This document shows positions 61,391 through 64,000 of a stretch of DNA of 64,000 nt, piece after piece; positions within the stretch are counted from its first letter, which is position 1; each line of letters starts with the position of its first letter. The translations under genes and the position numbers were made by a program. The notes beneath the pieces are model-generated. The model saw only the letters and a list, made by a program, of their open reading frames with translations. It searched no databases and was not told the DNA's origin. Origin of the DNA: Octopus sinensis (taxonomy: Eukaryota); NCBI RefSeq assembly GCF_006345805.1, contig NC_043017.1, forward strand, positions 17,732,001 to 17,796,000. The letters are read 5' to 3'.

Positions 61391-61696
61391 CTACATCTGA
61401 CAATGGGTACCGACATCTTCATCTTTGTCACCGTCAGGAGGGAAGCTGCTTTCATACGCTTGTGTTAGTACTACAGTAGCAGCATCACAGCTTCGTCTTC
61501 TTCCCTCGATTTGTTGAAGAAGACAGAGGGGGAGGAAATATTCCGACTCTGATGACCGGCTTTCAATGCCGTCTTCGAATGGCGAACGCTTTACTAGTTT
61601 TTGGATTGATTTCACGATATATAATTCATCGCCGTCGGTAATTAACAATTTTCTTTGTTCAGTGCAAACACAACTAATATTCCAGTGCCCACGCAC
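61391..61696 (-). CDS. Candidate exon/ORF of unknown product in CpG-retaining non-repeat DNA
   Basis: 101-codon open frame with ordinary composition; no recognised homology and no strong splice sites. Confidence 0.2.
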   Translation of the reverse strand: MRGHWNISCVCTEQRKLLITDGDELYIVKSIQKLVKRSPFEDGIESRSSESEYFLPLCLLQQIEGRRRSCDAATVVLTQAYESSFPPDGDKDEDVGTHCQM

Positions 61697-61699
61697 ACA

Positions 61700-62410
61700 G
61701 GTGTGTGTGTGTATATATATATGTGTGTGTGTATATATATGTGTATATATATATATATATGTGTGTATATATATATATGTGTGTGTGTGTATATATATAT
61801 ATGTGTGTGTGTGTATATATATATGTATATATCTGTATATATATATGTGTGTGTGTGTATGTAAATGTATATGTATGTAAATGTATATCTATGTGTATGT
61901 ATATATATATATGTGTGTGTACGTATATGTATATATAGATGTATATGTATATATATGTATGTATACATATATATACATATATACATATATACATATATAT
62001 GTATATATATGTGTGTGTGTGTATGTAAATGTATATGTATGTAAATGTATATCTATGTGTATGTATATATATATATGTGTGTACGTATATGTATATATAG
62101 ATGTATATGTATATATATGTATGTATACATATATATACATATATACATATATATATGTATATATATATGTGTGTACGTATATGTATATATAGATGTATAT
62201 GTATATATATGTATGTATACATATATATACATATATACATATATATACATATATATGTATATATATGTATGTATGTATATGTATGTATATATATGTATGT
62301 ATATGTATATATATATAGATGTATACATATATGTATATATATATATATATGTGTGTATATATATAGATGTATATATATGTATAAATATATATGTATGTAT
62401 AGATAGATAG
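61700..62410. repeat. Compound (TA)/(TG) microsatellite with higher-order duplications
   Basis: Direct reading. Confidence 0.92.
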
Positions 62411-62914
62411 ATAGATAAAATAGACCTTCCGCTTTTTCAATATCCAGGTTTGGTCTTATTTTCTTAAATACACTCCTATATGTTGCTCATCTTTAAATAT
62501 ATCTACACACACTTGTTAAATAGACGGATGATTTGTTTTATTAGATACATTGAAACATGTACACATAATATATCTTATCTATCTATCTATCTGTCTATCT
62601 GTCTAGCTTTATCTGTTCTCTCTCTCTCTCTATCTCTCAATCACACACATACACAACCATTTGTTATTAAATATACATACATGTTCTTGTCACACACATA
62701 CGCGCATACTGTCTCACATTGAAATAGACGTATCATTAAATATACACGCTGTTTGTGTGTCGTTAATTAAATATACACCCAGCAGTTTGTACATACATTG
62801 TTGCATCTGCAAACATTCGAACGAACGGAATGGGAATAATAATTTTTATTGAACGTATTTCATATCAACGAAGAAAGAGTACATGTGGGGGTGTATGTGT
62901 GTAATCACATACAT

Positions 62915-62947
<33 letters not shown>

Positions 62948-62949
62948 TA

Positions 62950-63672
62950 TATATATATACATACATACATACATTATATGTATACATACATTTTATATAT
63001 ATATATATATATATACATACATACATACATTATATGTATACATACATTTTATATATATATATATATATATACATACATTATATGTATACATACATTTTAT
63101 TATATATATATATATAGATTGGGCAGAATTGTGCATATATGTATACATACATTTTATATATATATATATATATACATTATAGATTGGGCAGAATTGTGCA
63201 TATATGTATACATACATTTTATATATATATATATATATATACATTATAGATTGGGCAGAATTGTGCATATATGTATACATACATTTTATATATATATATA
63301 TATATATATACATTATAGATTGGACAGAATTGTGCATATATGTATACATACATTTTATATATATATATATATATACATTATAGATTGGACAGATTGTGCA
63401 TATATGTATACATACATTTTATATATATATATATATACATTATAGATTGGACAGAATTGTGCATATATGTATACATACATTTTATATATATATATATATA
63501 TACATTAGATTGGACAGAATTGTGCATATATGTATACATACATTTTTATATAATATATATATATATATACATTATAGATTGGGCAGATTGTGCATATATG
63601 TATACATACATTTTATATATATATATATACATTATAGATTGGGCAGAATTGTGCATATATGTATACATACAT

Positions 63673-63703
<31 letters not shown>

Positions 63704-64000
63704 TATAGATTGAGCAGAATTGTGCATATATGTATACATACATTTTATATATATATACATTATAGATTGAGCAGAATTGTGCATATATGTATACATACAT
63801 TTTATATATATATATACATTATAGATTGAGCAGAATTGTGCATATATGTATACATACATTTTATATATATATACATTATAGATTGGGCAAAATTGTGCAT
63901 ATATGTATACATACATTTTATATATATATACATTATAGATTGGGCAGATTTGTGCATATATGTATACATACATTTTATATATATATATATATACATTATA
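62950..64000. repeat. ~60-bp minisatellite (fixed core plus variable (TA)n) running off the window end
   Basis: Core CATTATAGATTG(G/A)(G/A)CAGAATTGTGCATATATGTATACATACATTTT, repeated more than 12 times from ~63110. Confidence 0.95.

Noticed and set aside
663-63996. Most long six-frame ORFs (poly-YI, HT, VC, LSVC, NP, TP)
   Set aside because: They are translations of microsatellites or telomere-like repeats that lack stop codons.

Overview
AT-rich, microsatellite-saturated animal genomic DNA. The SINE and LINE repertoire resembles coleoid cephalopods, probably Octopus; this is inferred from memory, not from a search. No complete protein-coding gene is supportable, and almost all long six-frame ORFs are microsatellite artefacts. 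The window holds many tRNA-derived SINEs (at least 4 families) and decayed RTE/BovB, CR1, CRE-like and Gypsy retroelements. It also holds Tc1, maT (DD37D), hAT-like and piggyBac-like remnants, Helitrons, a 1.8-kb interstitial (TTAGGG)n-like array and a captured ITS2/28S rDNA fragment. The most striking signal is a set of seven loci carrying minimal type I hammerhead-ribozyme motifs with palindromic stem III, the architecture known from Penelope-like retroelements. One has a compensatory G3:C8 swap of the catalytic-core C3:G8 pair. Several short elements, including hammerhead carriers, share a fold-back (inverted partial copy) insertion geometry. All alignments and structures were done by eye.
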